Origin: Amoebophrya sp. A120
Lineage: Eukaryota > Protista > Dinoflagellata
Length of the DNA stretch: 51,687 bases
Direction of reading: 5' to 3'
Assembly (NCBI GenBank): GCA_905178155.1
Contig: CAJINV010000004.1
Location: 9,300,418 to 9,352,104 of the forward strand
Both the position numbers and the translations under genes were made by a program. Below, in pieces: positions 12,450 to 24,563 of this stretch (positions within the stretch are counted from its first letter, which is position 1; the number at the start of each line of letters is the position of its first letter). The notes beneath the pieces are model-generated. The model ran no database searches, was not told where the DNA came from, and was given only the letters and a program-made list of their open reading frames with translations.

Positions 12450-13847
12450 ATGGTGGTCGAACACCTGGAATTTGCGTCCAACGAGGAGTTAGGGATCACA
12501 AATATGTCTGAATCGGGAAGATTTCTAGATTTGTCATGCATATTTTCCATGAGCCATGATGTCTGTGATGCATGCCGTAGCATCGCAGATTTTTAGACGG
12601 CTTTGTGATACCTCTACCGCATGAGAAACGCCCTCTCCACGTAGGACAAACCCGACACCTCATCTTGCTGGTCATGCAATACATTTTTTTTTAGAATCCA
12701 CAGACAGCATCACAAGTTGTCACCCCCCAGACCTAGACATATTTGCATTTGATAGAAGTTGCAGAAATTTCTCGACAAGCACAAGATCGTCATCCTCGTT
12801 TTTTTATGGATTGCAAAAGTATCGTACTCGTATAAATGCATTACAAATTTCGACTTCCACCTCAGCATGAGAAAGAGAGTTTGCAATGCTGATTTACCTT
12901 AGGCAAAAGATTTGTAATGCATGACTGCAATACGAATACGTACGATACTTTTGCAGTGCATATTTCTCCGGTGATTGGTGCGGCCCCTGCCTGCGCATGG
13001 GCCCGGAGTTCGAGAGACACGCGAAGGAGCACGAAAATGCGATGTTTGTGATCCTCGACTGCGACGTATGCAATACAAATTCCCCGTACATGTACAAGAT
13101 GCATCACAAATTTCACGAATTTGGAGCGTAAAACTTGTCATGCTAAACTAGGATCGAAGCCAAGTTTTGTCATGCAGAAACCGCATTTGTACGCGTACGG
13201 GAAATTTACTGTGGATACGACACGTGTGCCGTGTGTGCGGAGGAGAACGACATCGACTGCATCCCGATATGGGGCTCTCAAACGTTACATTCTCAACTGT
13301 TACCTGAATTTGTAATGCAAGAACAGCAACAGTGAAAGTGGCAAGATAATTGCAGCTTTCGCATCACAGATTTTCCAGAGATTATCATGCTGTATAGCCC
13401 TTCGCGAATTTGTCATGCTAGAAGCGCCTTGATCAAGTAGAGGCTGATGGCAATTTTGCATGACAAATGTAAATGGTGTAACAGTTGAGAATGTAACAGT
13501 TGAGAGCGCCATACCCGACCTTCCTCGCGTACAAGCACGGAGAAGAATTCGACCGGTTCGAGGGGGCGTGCCAGAAGTCGCTGGAAAGGATGATCGAAAA
13601 GGTGTTTGCTGATGGAGCAGCAAGTAGTCGTCCTCGGGACGACCACGATGTCGCTTCGTCAACCGCAACGAATATTAAAACCCTGCTGACTTCTTCCACG
13701 GAGGACCACATCAAAGACGATGCGGTAGAGCACCACGGAAAGCAGGGCAGCACGGGAAAAAAGGACAAATCGGACGGACAAGAAAGAAAAGGCGCTATCG
13801 GTAACGAGGACCACGGGGCTGCAGTCCGGGGAAGCAAAGACAAGTAG
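12450..13847 (+). CDS. Thioredoxin with C-terminal extension, 185 aa, split by 4 introners
   Basis: Rebuilt sequence MVVEHLEFASNE(E/K)LQKFLDKHKIVILVFSGDWCGPCLRMGPEFERHAKEHENAMFVILDCD..CAEENDIDCIPTFLAYKHGEEFDRFEGA; WCGPC active site and cis-Pro IPTF; 1398-840=558 nt. Confidence 0.88.
12490..12754. mobile_element. Introner, family A (A3 reversed, degenerate left TIR starting TAG)
   Basis: DR GGAGT/GAAGT; 270-nt removal keeps frame. Confidence 0.85.
12805..12962. mobile_element. Introner, family E
   Basis: TIR TAT....TGCAAAAGTATCGTAC; DR TTTTT/TTTCT; joins LVF-SGDWCGPC. Confidence 0.88.
13067..13217. mobile_element. Introner, family C
   Basis: Very similar to the 8462 copy; DR CGACG/CGACA. 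Confidence 0.9.
13268..13513. mobile_element. Introner, family F
   Basis: TIR TATGG.GCTCTCAA..GTTACATTCTCAACTGTTAC; DR CCCGA; joins CIP-TFLAY. Confidence 0.92.
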
Positions 13848-14970
13848 GATCAGGTGGAACGAGCGCAGGGCGCATGACGCGCAAGAACGACCGCATGCCT
13901 CCCAGCAGTTCATAGGATAACATCAAGAATGAGAAATAAATCTTTTACAAATCTAGAATGATCTGACGTTTGGTTCTTTCCAGTGAAGGGCATTAGACCC
14001 CTTGATGGTCGGTAGCTTTTCACCTTTTTTCATGATATTGTCTTTGGTCGTGTGATTTTAGTTTTACGTGTGTGTAAAGCTTCAAAAAACTTCTACGTCC
14101 ACAACAACAAAAAAACAACGCGCATAGTAGCACAAGTTGAGGACCTGACTTGGCCAGTCACAACAGAAGTTGCATCACCGGATCTACATCATGGTGAGAT
14201 AACTTCTTCTTCCATATTTTGCAGCTGTTTCAAGGTCGCAAACGCAAAGACAAGAGGATATGTCGCAATAAAGTGGCCCATTATGCAGCTGCTCAGTATT
14301 ACTGATCTACATTTAATTGCTAGCAAGTTTTGTTTCACGGTTAGCAACTCGACAAAGCTTATGAACGTATGAGCATGCTTGCTAGTTCGTTATCGTTTCA
14401 GTAGTTTCCATGTGGCTAAGCGTTACAAATACCTATTTGTTGCATCTTCATCAGGAATCAAAACTGATTGAGGTTCTTGTTCTTCATCTATTTCTTTTTT
14501 CGTAGCTCTTCACCTCCTTCTACTGCTCTTGTGTAAGTATGTGAGGTTGACAAAATAAGGTATCTGTGAACAATAGTGTATTTGTTTGGAGGACGAGGAT
14601 CCGTGGACCTGTACAATTTACGAATTTACTTCATTATCTTCATTTCCTGATAGATCACTATCGAGGACGAGGCGCGCGACGACAAAGAGGATAATTCCAT
14701 CTTGTACAAATACGTGAGTGTGAAGTATCACGTCATGATGTTTCTGTTTGAATTTAGTGCATGAGAAAATTACCTTCTCGCCATCGGGGCAGCTGCATCA
14801 GCTTTGTTCACCAGCCGTAATAAAGAGGACACGCGCCTGCTTACTTGAGTAGTGCGTGCTTCTTTTTCTTCTGCTGTTCTTTACAGCCACGGCTTTTTAC
14901 TAGCCACGAATCGTGTTATTTTTGCTTCTATTTCTTGTCTCTGATTTAGATTTTGTCGTGTTTCGAAAGT

Positions 14971-16730
14971 ATGACCGTAAGAGCAGACTTCTATCCAGCA
15001 ACGGCGTCTACTACAACGTCAAGTGCAAGAACGCAGAAACCTTCGACATCAGCACTAACCGGGATTTCTACCTCCATGGAGGAAATCGCCGGTGAACAAC
15101 AACAAGGTCTTCCCGGGAATGTCCAAGCGGAACTACAACAGCAACCGCGACGGTTGTCTACCAACTCGACCTCCTCTGCTTCAACCAAGAAGCCTACGAC
15201 GCGTTCGTGGATCCCCCTTTCCTTCCGCGACGTGGCAGAGGACCGGGTTCTCAACGTCCTCACGTACAACATTCTGTCCGACGAGAAGGCGGTATGGAAG
15301 CGTCAGGTTTGAAATCGACAAAGTTGAGATGATTTGTCATGCATAAAATGCAAGGCATGAAGTGCCTGTCTTGCCGGGATGGCAAGTGAGGCAGATTGTG
15401 AGCCTATTTAGGGTTTGGGATAGAGCTGCTAAAGGAGCATGACAAAAGCAGTCTTCTGTGCCCAAGCAGCATGACAAAGTGGGGTCCGGTGGTCCGAAAA
15501 TTTGTCATGCGCCGCTTGGAAATTGGGCTTCCAACTGGTATCGATTTTATACATTACAAGTTATTTCAATCCTGACACCCCCATAAGCGGCGAAAGAAGA
15601 GTGGGCCACAAATGTTCCGCCCTTCCAGCACAGGAAGGGGATTATTGTCGAAACCATCGCGGCGAACGACTTGATCGCGTTGCAGGAGGTGGGACCTGCT
15701 GTGTTTTCCGAGCTGAAAAAACAATTGGACGAAAGTTACGACGGGGTTTTCTTCCAGCCCTCGATTCCGCCCTGCGGCGTCGCGGTGTTCGCACGGAAAT
15801 CGCGTTTGAAAATCGCCCGGTACGACGGGTTCCAAATCGAGGACAGCATGTGCTTACAATGCGAAATCCGGATGCTGGTAAACGGGAAGGTGAAGATGTC
15901 GAAGAAAAATCTGAACAACAAATTCGCCTGCGAAACTGTGCATTTTTTCGCGATCCATTTCTGTGGCGGAAAGCAACCGGGGGATGAGGAACGAAGGGCG
16001 AGGCACTTGAAATTGCTGCACGAAAACGCGATAGAGGGACTAATAACCGACCCGGCAGAAGGTGGTGGCGAAGGCAACAATAACTCGTTCTCGCCGAAGA
16101 ACATTATCGTCGCCTGCGACAGCAACAGCGAGCGGACCTTCGCGCCAGTGGAGGAACTCGAGCCGGTTTGGTACGGAGAAGTGAAATATGCATCGCAATA
16201 AAAGTATGGTACTAGTAGAAATAGCATATACAAATTTTTCCAGAAGGAAGAACGGAATTTGTAATGCTGAATGAGCTAAGGCACCAGATTTGCCATGCAT
16301 GACTGCAATTACTTATTACTACGAGTGCGATACTTTTGCACTGCATATTAAGAGGTTGTGGCTCGAGCCGGGGCTGTTTCAGGACGCGGTGTTGGATGCG
16401 AATTTGTTGTACACGACGAAAAAGATGCGAACCGAGGGAAAAATCACGCAGCGAGCGGTGGACTACATCTTTGTCAGCTGCAATAAAGCGGATAATTTGA
16501 CGGTCCACGGCGTGCTGGACGTGCCGAGGTATGTTGCAAGTAGTACGAAGAGGTCAACAATCGCGGAAAACTTGATGCCAAATGAAGAGTATGTGTCAGA
16601 CCATCTACCAGTAGTCTGCAAACTTTCTGTCGGCACAGGGGGGACTTCTGGTCGTGCGTCAGCGGAGTTTCACTTGAGAAAACACAGGGGATTTTTGACG
16701 TGTATCTTCGGCGTGAAAGATGAGGACTGA
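14971..16730 (+). CDS. Endonuclease/exonuclease/phosphatase (CCR4/nocturnin/PDE12-like) protein, 431 aa, 2 introners
   Basis: EEP motifs LTYNIL, IALQEV, IVACDSN, VDYIF, SDHLPV; 1760-464=1296 nt. Confidence 0.82.
15293..15585. mobile_element. Introner, family D
   Basis: TIR TATGG..G.GTCAGG.TTGAAAT; DR GGCGG/AGCGG; joins DEKA-AKEEW. Confidence 0.88.
16187..16347. mobile_element. Introner, family E (diverged)
   Basis: TAT..ATA; DR TGAAA/TTAAG (both read Val-Lys); joins EVK-RLWLEPG. Confidence 0.85.
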
Positions 16731-17464
16731 CGGTAGTGGGACAACTATCAGCTAGGAAAAGGAACAACTATCCCCTGCTGATCTCGGACGATAATTTTGC
16801 AGTGCTGCATCCTATGACTTGATTGTGTTTGTCTTTGTTCACATAGATTACCCGTCCAACGCATCCCGAGCGCAAACTTTACAACTATTTGGGCAGTTTG
16901 CGCGACCAAGAATCGCAGTTTTCCCGTACCCTGGAGGCGGTCTACGAAGGACAGCGCAAACTACTTTTTTTTGTTTCCCCGTCGCTTCATCTCGTCTGAT
17001 TTCGTGGATTTGTGTTTGTCTCACTCGTGTATGTCTGTATGTCCCTCATGGAGGGCCTCGTCCACGACTGCTTTTCGTACTACTCTTCACCAAGAAGTCT
17101 ATCGTGCCTGCGTCTTCAGCGTCAGTAATTATCCAACTGTCTTCGTGCCACCCATACTCATACAGACCACTATCGTTTCTCTTCAAGTAGTTCAACAAGA
17201 TTCAACAACGGAAGGCTTACAACCTCTAGCCAGCTCTCCTACCTTCAAGAGTACCTCTACCCAGCTCTCTTTACAGAAGGCTTAAAACCTCTACCTTGTG
17301 GAATACCTCTACCTAGCTCTCTTTACAGGGCACCCAGTCACCTCGAGCTTGTGCTTGTCTCTGCTGCTTTTTTGGTCGGTTGTTCTCTACTATCATAATA
17401 TCTGACAAATAGTTGTCGGACTCGGACCTGCAATTGTGGCAGGAGTTTAATTATTTACCGCCAA

Positions 17465-17483
17465 GTAGCCATTTTGGCTCAAG
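17465..17483 (+). other. Relict dinoflagellate spliced-leader (DinoSL) sequence
   Basis: GTAGCCATTTTGGCTCAAG equals the 3' 19 nt of DinoSL DCCGTAGCCATTTTGGCTCAAG; lies ~100 nt upstream of an ATG; not followed by the GT expected in an SL RNA gene. Confidence 0.85.
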
Positions 17484-17584
17484 GGCTCTAGTACCGGCTT
17501 GATTGCGACGGAAAAAACTCACGAAAATCCTCGAACTACAGTAAAGCAAGTGCTGCATACTTGTCGAGACTAACGTCGTCCATT

Positions 17585-19192
17585 ATGCGAATTGTTATTG
17601 TAATTATTCGATGCTGGACCCGGTCTGGGCTTGCGTTCGTCGGAGATTTATTCAGCGTCGACGGCCTCTCGGCGGAGCAGTGGCGGGACCACCGGGTCAA
17701 GGATGAAGAAGATTTATCTAAGCTCATCAAGCCGCTCCCGGTGCCGAGAAAAGAGCAGCATGAAGCCGTCGGAGCTCTGTTGGAAGATCAGGAACAGGGC
17801 GGCGAGACACGTCCACCACGGTCTACCCATGAGCCGTGGCTTCTCGGGAGCGCGTATGCTGAGGGGGTCTACGTTTCCGCAGAGATGCTAGCGCCTTTCG
17901 ACGCTGATCAAGCTGATCGTGACGCCGAGCATGGAGCCAACAACTGCCTGCATCACGACGGGAAAGTCTGTAAGAGCCACGCCATCGCAAACCCGTGGCT
18001 GCAAATTCAATCGGCTCAAGAGTTGCCCATCTTCCGTGTGAGTGTTCGTGCACCGCATGTTCCGCAAGAGGACGAGGGGGAGTTGCATTCGCGGGAGTTG
18101 CATTCGCTGGTGTCGCAGCGTCTAGGCCCTGACGGCGAGACGATTGAGTGCGGTGTGCGGGTCGGCGTGCATTCCTCCAACGGAGAGAGTGAGACCACAT
18201 TGGGCGGCGAGACCCGCATGAAGCCGCCGTGTCACGAGGAGTTTCCCGGGTTGGCCTGCGAGGCAGCGTACATGTGTCACCCCGCAGGACGACCGGAAAC
18301 CGAGCTGGGCGTCAAGCAGGACCTCCACCAGGACGGGCTCGAGGAGGTAATGGACTTTGACTGTCCGGCCAACACCAAGGGGAACTATGTGTTTGTGCAG
18401 CTGCAGTCAGAGGGGTGCGGGATGACGGAGGTGCTGGATGTGCCGGACCCTAAGAGTCCCGACAACAAGATGATTCAAACACACGGTGTGCAGCGGCGTC
18501 TGGAAGTTCTTCGCGTAGACGTGTTCCGGCCCGCTCCGGCCCCGGAAGCAGCTTGTTCGCCCGAACTAGCGCTCTGCGTCGACGCAGAGGGGGTTCCTGT
18601 GGACGGGGTGTCCTGCATGACTGCGAGAAAATTCTTACCCCCGGAGGGTCAAGCCGGAGACGAAATGAGCGGAGAGGTTTACGCCTGCTGGCAGAGCACT
18701 AGCGAGTGTAATGAGTTTGCGAACGCGCACCACGAGCACAACGCTCCTGAGCCGGGGATTGAAGCAGGGGGTGCATCTGCTGGACACACACTCGAGATCT
18801 CTCATTGCGCTGCGCACAAGCAGCCGAAGTGCGCAGCAGCCACGGAGGGGGACGCGCATGAAAAGTACGCCTGCCCTTTCGAGGACGGGGAGTGTTACAT
18901 GATCACTGGGGGCGTTAGCGGACACTCCACCAAAGACGAGCGGTTTTGTTTCAAGTCGGAGCCTCGGATCGGCTCGGGCAACATGGCGCTCGCCCCATGT
19001 GAGGCCTATTCGTCCTACTTCTACGCACACGGGGCTGACAACAAGGAACCACTGGAATGCCGAAAGCTAGAGAGAGCTGCTACGCTGGACGACGGTGGCG
19101 CATTCATGGAAACTACGAAAACAGAGGGCAATAAGAAACTCGAGCCGCCTTTGAGTCGCAATCGCCGAGGGCAACCTATAATCATGGTCTGA
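17585..19192 (+). CDS. Intronless Cys-rich, probably secreted protein with an F-type lectin/discoidin-like domain; putative retrogene
   Basis: 535-aa ORF from ATG 17585, hydrophobic N-terminus MRIVIVII; segments CKSHAIANPWLQI, VRVG, CPANTKGNYVFVQL and LEVLRVDVF resemble the fucolectin fold pattern (by eye only). Confidence 0.6.
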   Translation: MRIVIVIIRCWTRSGLAFVGDLFSVDGLSAEQWRDHRVKDEEDLSKLIKPLPVPRKEQHEAVGALLEDQEQGGETRPPRSTHEPWLLGSAYAEGVYVSAEMLAPFDADQADRDAEHGANNCLHHDGKVCKSHAIANPWLQIQSAQELPIFRVSVRAPHVPQEDEGELHSRELHSLVSQRLGPDGETIECGVRVGVHSSNGESETTLGGETRMKPPCHEEFPGLACEAAYMCHPAGRPETELGVKQDLHQDGLEEVMDFDCPANTKGNYVFVQLQSEGCGMTEVLDVPDPKSPDNKMIQTHGVQRRLEVLRVDVFRPAPAPEAACSPELALCVDAEGVPVDGVSCMTARKFLPPEGQAGDEMSGEVYACWQSTSECNEFANAHHEHNAPEPGIEAGGASAGHTLEISHCAAHKQPKCAAATEGDAHEKYACPFEDGECYMITGGVSGHSTKDERFCFKSEPRIGSGNMALAPCEAYSSYFYAHGADNKEPLECRKLERAATLDDGGAFMETTKTEGNKKLEPPLSRNRRGQPIIMV

Positions 19193-20170
19193 GAATCAAC
19201 AGCATATGTTATGTGCATGCTTTAATCACTTAAATCTAAAATTAGAAAATGATGCGTTTTTTCGAATAGTAATTTTATATTTATTTTTATTCCTCCATGT
19301 GCAATCAAAATTAAAACAAGAAAGGCGCCGTCTTTTGCGGATGACAACGAGCACGACACCACCAGAATCCCGCTTCTCGATCGTAGTTTGATGTGTAGCT
19401 TTGTTCTGTGTCCGTACTCGATCTCCAAATGCCTTGATCTCTCGGTTATCGCTCTGCCTAGCACCCTCGTAAATGCCTATTTGTCTACCTGTAATGCTAA
19501 ATCGTTGTACGTATCTGCTATCTCGTCCATCCTCGTCTCGTGCTGATGTATCTCGTGCAATAATACCTTTACTCCTTACACCTCGTCATTTCGTGTCGCT
19601 ACGGGTCGTCTTTGTATTCTCGTATGTAGCTTTTCTTCGCATCATCACCATCGTCTCGTATCGTCTTCGCTGTTGTACATAATATATTTTCATCATCGGC
19701 TTTTCTCGTGCCCTAATCGTCTGCTCTCGGGTCGGGCCGTCATTTTCCCCTTTTCAAACTTCGGTCATGGTGATCCATCAGATCCTTGTTTGTGTGCGTG
19801 TTTTGGTTCCCGCCCCGACCGCTGATCCTTTCCTTCCGCTTCCAACACGACGATAAAATTGTGAGTGCTTGGTTGGTGGAGCCGGCGCCCGTAACCGCCT
19901 TGCACATTGGGATCACAGTTTTATGCGAGCGCCACACTTTGCACATTCCACTTAGGGCTACTTTCCCAAGCAGCGTGGTCACCTGGCACATGTGGACGTT
20001 ACCGGCTGAAGTGTTGTTCTCCCGCATTCCTCCTCCTCCTGTTGCGTTGTAGCGTCTAGTTCTTCTGTTTCTGCTATAATTAGAATATAACAACAAACCG
20101 ATTTACCGCCAACTTTTTTTGTTTCTTCCTCGCTTCTTTCTTCTGGCTAGAAAACTGACATATATCAATC

Positions 20171-21334
20171 ATGTCGACTTCATCTAGTTCCGCACCTCCA
20201 GACGCGGAAAGCATCCGCAAGCAGGCCCAGAGTCTCGGGCGTGACCGGTGGCAGCAAGACCTCGCTGAAGCGAAACAGGAGATGAAGCAAGACCCGAATT
20301 GGGCCGCAAAAATGGCAGCCAAAAAAAGAAATGCAGCCGCTACAACCGGGAAACCCGCCAGCTACAAGTCTGCTGCCGAGCGGTATCTGGCGAATCACGG
20401 CGACACGGTTTCGAAAGGGTCGCTCGTGGTCACGATCGAACGTGCGGAGAGGCTTGGGTACAGTCAAAAAGAGATGGTTTTGCTCTTTTCCGCGGACAAC
20501 GGCTTTCTCGATATTTCCGGCTGGTTGGACGTGAAATTTGAGGAAAAACTCCAAGACATCGTCGGCAACTACAACCCGTACGCCATCGACCCCTACGTTT
20601 GTTGCGCAGTCGGGATGCAGGACCCGTTTACGAAGAATTTTCAACCGAATAGCCTGTGGAACGCGAAGCACATCAAAAATATCGTCCGCAAGACGAAAGT
20701 GTTGGTGAACGAGGGGACCAACCCGAGATGGGAGCATATGGGAGTGTCAGCATTGAAATCGACAAAGTAGTTGAAATAACTTGTAATGCATAAAATCGAT
20801 ACCGGTTGGGAGCCCGATTTCCAAGCGGTGCATGACAAATTTCGGCACCATCTAAATCCAGTCTGTCATGCTGTTTAGGGGCCCCAGAAGGCGTCTTGTA
20901 TCATGCTACTTCAGCAGCTCTATCGCAGACCCCAAACAGCAGGGTGACAGTCGGCCCCACTTGCCATCCCTGCAAGAGAGGCAATTCATGCCTTGCAATT
21001 TATGCATGAGAAATTATTTCAACTTTGTCGATTTCAATCCTGACGCTTCCATAGAGCAGCGACTCCTCTTCCACCCGAACATCACGCGCACAGACTACGT
21101 AGCCTGTGCAAAAGTATCGTACTCGTATAAATGCAAGTCTTGCATTACAAATCTTGTTGCCAAGGCAAATCAGCATGACAGATTCCATTTTTCGCGCGGA
21201 GAAAATTTGTAATGCATTTATACGAGTACGATACTTTTGCAATTCATATGAAGGATTGGGTACTAGCGATTGGTACTAGAGTAGACGTGAAGCTGCAGCT
21301 GATGAAAGGATCTCATCTGGTTGTTAAGCTTTAG
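20171..21334 (+). CDS. C2-domain protein; 3' end uncertain or disrupted
   Basis: GSLVVTIERAERL, DPYVCCAVG, RKTKVLVNEGTNPRWEQRLLF; second introner lacks matching DRs, so the end (TAG 21332-21334 if the element is removed precisely) is tentative. Confidence 0.65.
20737..21053. mobile_element. Introner, family D (opposite orientation to 15293)
   Basis: TAT..ATA, DR GAGCA; joins PRWE-QRLLF. Confidence 0.92.
21100..21248. mobile_element. Introner, family E, no matching direct repeats
   Basis: TAGCCTGTGCAAAAGTATCGTACTCG ... CGAGTACGATACTTTTGCAATTCATA; flanks CTACG vs TGAAG. Confidence 0.8.
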
Positions 21335-23294
21335 CGCAAGTTACAGCTGTGGAAGATGAAAAGTGACCCAGTTAAAATTTTTATCGCCACAAGCTCCAGC
21401 GAGCAAGCAAGATTAAATGCCACGAGCTGGAAGGTAGTCTCAGCACAGCAATCAAGCAAAATGTTTATTTTCAATCTGATTCGAAGAACGACAACGAACA
21501 ACAGTTTTAGTTAGACGACAAGGGTCTATTTTTAGCGAGCAGCGACAGAAAGAGAAACAGTTCAAGTTTTGTATTTGGGAAGTTGTATTCGCCAAGTTAG
21601 GGTTGGTGCACCAGGGATGAGTAAGTACGCGCAGTAAGACCAGAAGGGATGACGAGGGTAATTCTAATATTACCGAAGGGGCACCATCAAAGTTGATAGT
21701 ACGGCTACAACGCTGCAAGAGTTTATAAATTTCTGCGACATTATTTATCTCGCAACACTCATTTCGAGCGGACTGAAATTAATAGTACCCAGCCAGTATC
21801 CGCATTGAACCACTGTTGCTCTGACAAGAACAGGTCAAGTCAAGAATAGTAACGACCGACGACCGACGTATTTTTCATTTTTTTAGTATAAGATCTGCAT
21901 CTGCCGAGCTAAAGCGCTTCCTCGTCGTACTACATTAAAAGTGGAAATTCAACAACCTGTCAGACTATTGGTAGGTTGTACTGGCAAGCCCGCCGGCTTT
22001 TTTTCTTATGGCTCCGAAAAAAGAAAGCCTAACGAGCTGCTGAGGGAGATTATTTCGTGTTCCTTCGCTTGACTTCGATTTGATATAGCTTTTCTCGCAA
22101 GAATTTTTACGGATTTCGCTGGGGACGTACGAAGAGAAAAAATGGAAAGATGTTAAACGAGTGGTCGACAGTTCTGTGTTGTTTAATTGCTTTTTTTCAC
22201 CGTCCGAGTTGGAGCTTCGTATGTTCTTGATGTTGATGAAAAGATGATGGTACGTCGAACAAGTAGCTCTACGTAGTTCTACTACCCCCACTGTGTCTGA
22301 TTGCTGAAGCTTACTTGCTGCATCGAAGAAGCGAAGAAGATTGTTGATAGTATGTACTTAGGAAGAAGACTAAGATTAAGTTGTCCTTGTCCCCGAAAGA
22401 GTAGCGCTACTTACCCCAGCTGAAGGCCGCTGAAAAACTACCCTTGTTGTTCCATTAAGTTTGGGTGTCTTGTGTACCTGGTTGCCCCCGCCCTCCTCTG
22501 CATCATATGCTGTTGCAAGTACAACATGTGTGATAGATAAGAAAGTGCAGTAGAGTCGAATTTGCTGTGCTTGTAATTAAAATTCCACCCCGTAAGTACC
22601 ACCCCGCCGAGTGATGAACAAAGTGACGTCGAAGATGTGAAAAGCCTGGTTGTCGTAATTGTGGGAAAAAGAATGTTGCTGTGGAACAAAGAAAGTTGCT
22701 GTATCTCAATAGTATTCAGCATTCTGTTGTTGATTGTTGTCGGATAAAAAGAAGCACGCCATAAAGTTCTACCTGGTTTTTTTCTTCTGACACCATTTTT
22801 TCTTCTCATCCAAAAACCACCTCTAGCCACGTCTTTTTTTTCCGCCTGGTGCCGAAAAAATAGCAAAACACAATCTGTAATCTCCACCAAAAAACAACCA
22901 ACAGAAAGAAAAACCAGTGCTTTTGTGCTAAGAAAGTCAAGAGTATAGTAAATACACTAGCGATACGAAAGTCCAAAAAACCAAAACATCACTGTTTCGA
23001 TAGCTGCAGAAGAAAAATATCCAAGAGGAGTAGAAAAACAAAAATCTCTACCGTTGCAAAAGAACAAAAAAGGAAAACATAAATTTACATTTTTCAACAA
23101 CTATCCAAAGAACTACCCAAAAAACCTTGAAAATGTCTGTCATGCAAAATTGCAAGAACTACAACACCGATGATGGATTGAATTTTCCATGCAGAATGCG
23201 CACCACTATTTCTTTTTCTCCTCCCGCTCCCCACAACGTGTTTGCAGAAAGAAGAAAATACATCATAGAAAATTAACTGAACAAACTCTATCAG

Positions 23295-23436
23295 ATTGAT
23301 AAGGAGACGGGCAAGGGCAAAACGAGCTCCATCGCCGAACTGTCTCAGCAGTACGAGCATTTGGTCCTCGACTTTTACACGTGCTGGTGCACCAAATGCC
23401 CGGATACCGCGAAGGAACTCGAGGGTTTGGCAACCA
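23295..23436 (+). CDS. Thioredoxin-like (redoxin) exon with CxxC; start of a disrupted gene, first exon unresolved
   Basis: IDKETGKGKTSSIAELSQQYEHLVLDFYTCWCTKCPDTAKELEGLAT following a TATCAG acceptor-like site. Confidence 0.65.
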
Positions 23437-23595
23437 TATGGATTGCAAAAATGTCTGGGTCTGCAAGATTGTAACTTGTCATGCTAAATCCGAATCATGC
23501 AAAAATCTGTGTTGTATGAGTGCCAAAAGCTGTCCACTTTCAACCAAGTTGGGAGGAAGTTTCTCATGCAGGATCGATAGGCATGAGAGAGATCC
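23437..23595. mobile_element. Left half of a family A1 introner, truncated at rearrangement junction
   Basis: Matches the 7408 copy up to ..GATAGGCATGA, then breaks; no right TIR and no second AACCA. Confidence 0.8.
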
Positions 23596-23626
23596 TTTCC
23601 ATCTACGACGCCGGGTGTTCCTTCCA

Positions 23627-23788
23627 TTCCAAATCTGTCTGGCATGACAGCAAAAACCTGTCATGCGCAAATAGTACGTGAAAACGCCCCTTAAGGGACC
23701 CTACTATGCATCCCAAGCATGACAGACGCAATCATCTTGCATGTTGCGCATCACAAATTTACACTATACAACGTTTTTTTCTTGGATA
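23627..23788. mobile_element. Half introner of another family (J)
   Basis: Ends TTGGATA next to a minus-strand exon; contains GCATGACA/GCATCACAA motifs; partner TIR missing. Confidence 0.65.
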
Positions 23789-23862
23789 CCCGCGGCTCGA
23801 ACGGGGCCGCCTTGATCTCCATCGGCAACCCCTTGGCGTTCCAGTTGATCGCCTCGTAGAAG

Positions 23863-24124
23863 TATCAAATGTAAAAATGTCTGGGTCTGGAAGAATGCAA
23901 CTTGTGATGCTGCATTTGAATTCCAAAAAAATCTGTATTGCATGAGTACCAAAGAAAATGCAACTTTTGCTACGCTGACACGGCATTTGTCATGCGGGAT
24001 ACGCATCAAGAAGCCCTCAAAAAATCTGTATTGCTAGGGTATGCATCACAGACATCATGGCTCATGCAAAACGTGCATGAAAAGTGTCAGAATCTTCCAG
24101 ACCCAGACATTTTTACAGTTGATA
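23863..24124. mobile_element. Introner, family A (A3)
   Basis: TAT..ATA, DR AGAAG; minus-strand frame joins GHF-YEAIN. Confidence 0.9.
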
Positions 24125-24222
24125 AGAAGTGGCCCCGCTGCGCCTGCACGCCCGAGTACAGGCCGGTGGGACTGCGGGTCAGGTGCGCGATCACGTTCGG
24201 CACCGCGTTTTTCAGAGCCCAG

Positions 24223-24501
24223 TATGATATGTAAAAACGCCCCCACCCCATAGTCAAGTTGGGAACTTAGCAACACAAATCCAGAAGTTTTGGGAGCCAC
24301 GCATGACAAGCTGCAGTCCGTAGTGTAGTGCATGTTAGCAAGGAAAACCGCATCACAAATCCATCTGCTTATCCTGTTTGCTGCATTACAAATTCCAGAA
24401 CTCGATTGAAAATGCCCCTCATGGAGATGCGCATTACAAATCTTTCTGTAATCGCAAATCTGCATGACAGCTATGGGGTGGGGATGTTTTTACTCAGGAT
24501 A
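24223..24501. mobile_element. Introner, family H
   Basis: TAT..ATA, DR CCCAG; related to the 9828 copy. Confidence 0.9.
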
Positions 24502-24563
24502 CCCAGTACCGCATGTTCGCATCCGGGTTGTAGCACTTCTTCCCGTCGTGCACCATGGGCATG

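Noticed and set aside
17220-17330. Short duplicated TACCTCTACC(C/T)AGCTCTCTTTACAG motif; also scattered TCTCGT words at 19370-19730
   Set aside because: Looks like local slippage or low complexity with no further structure.
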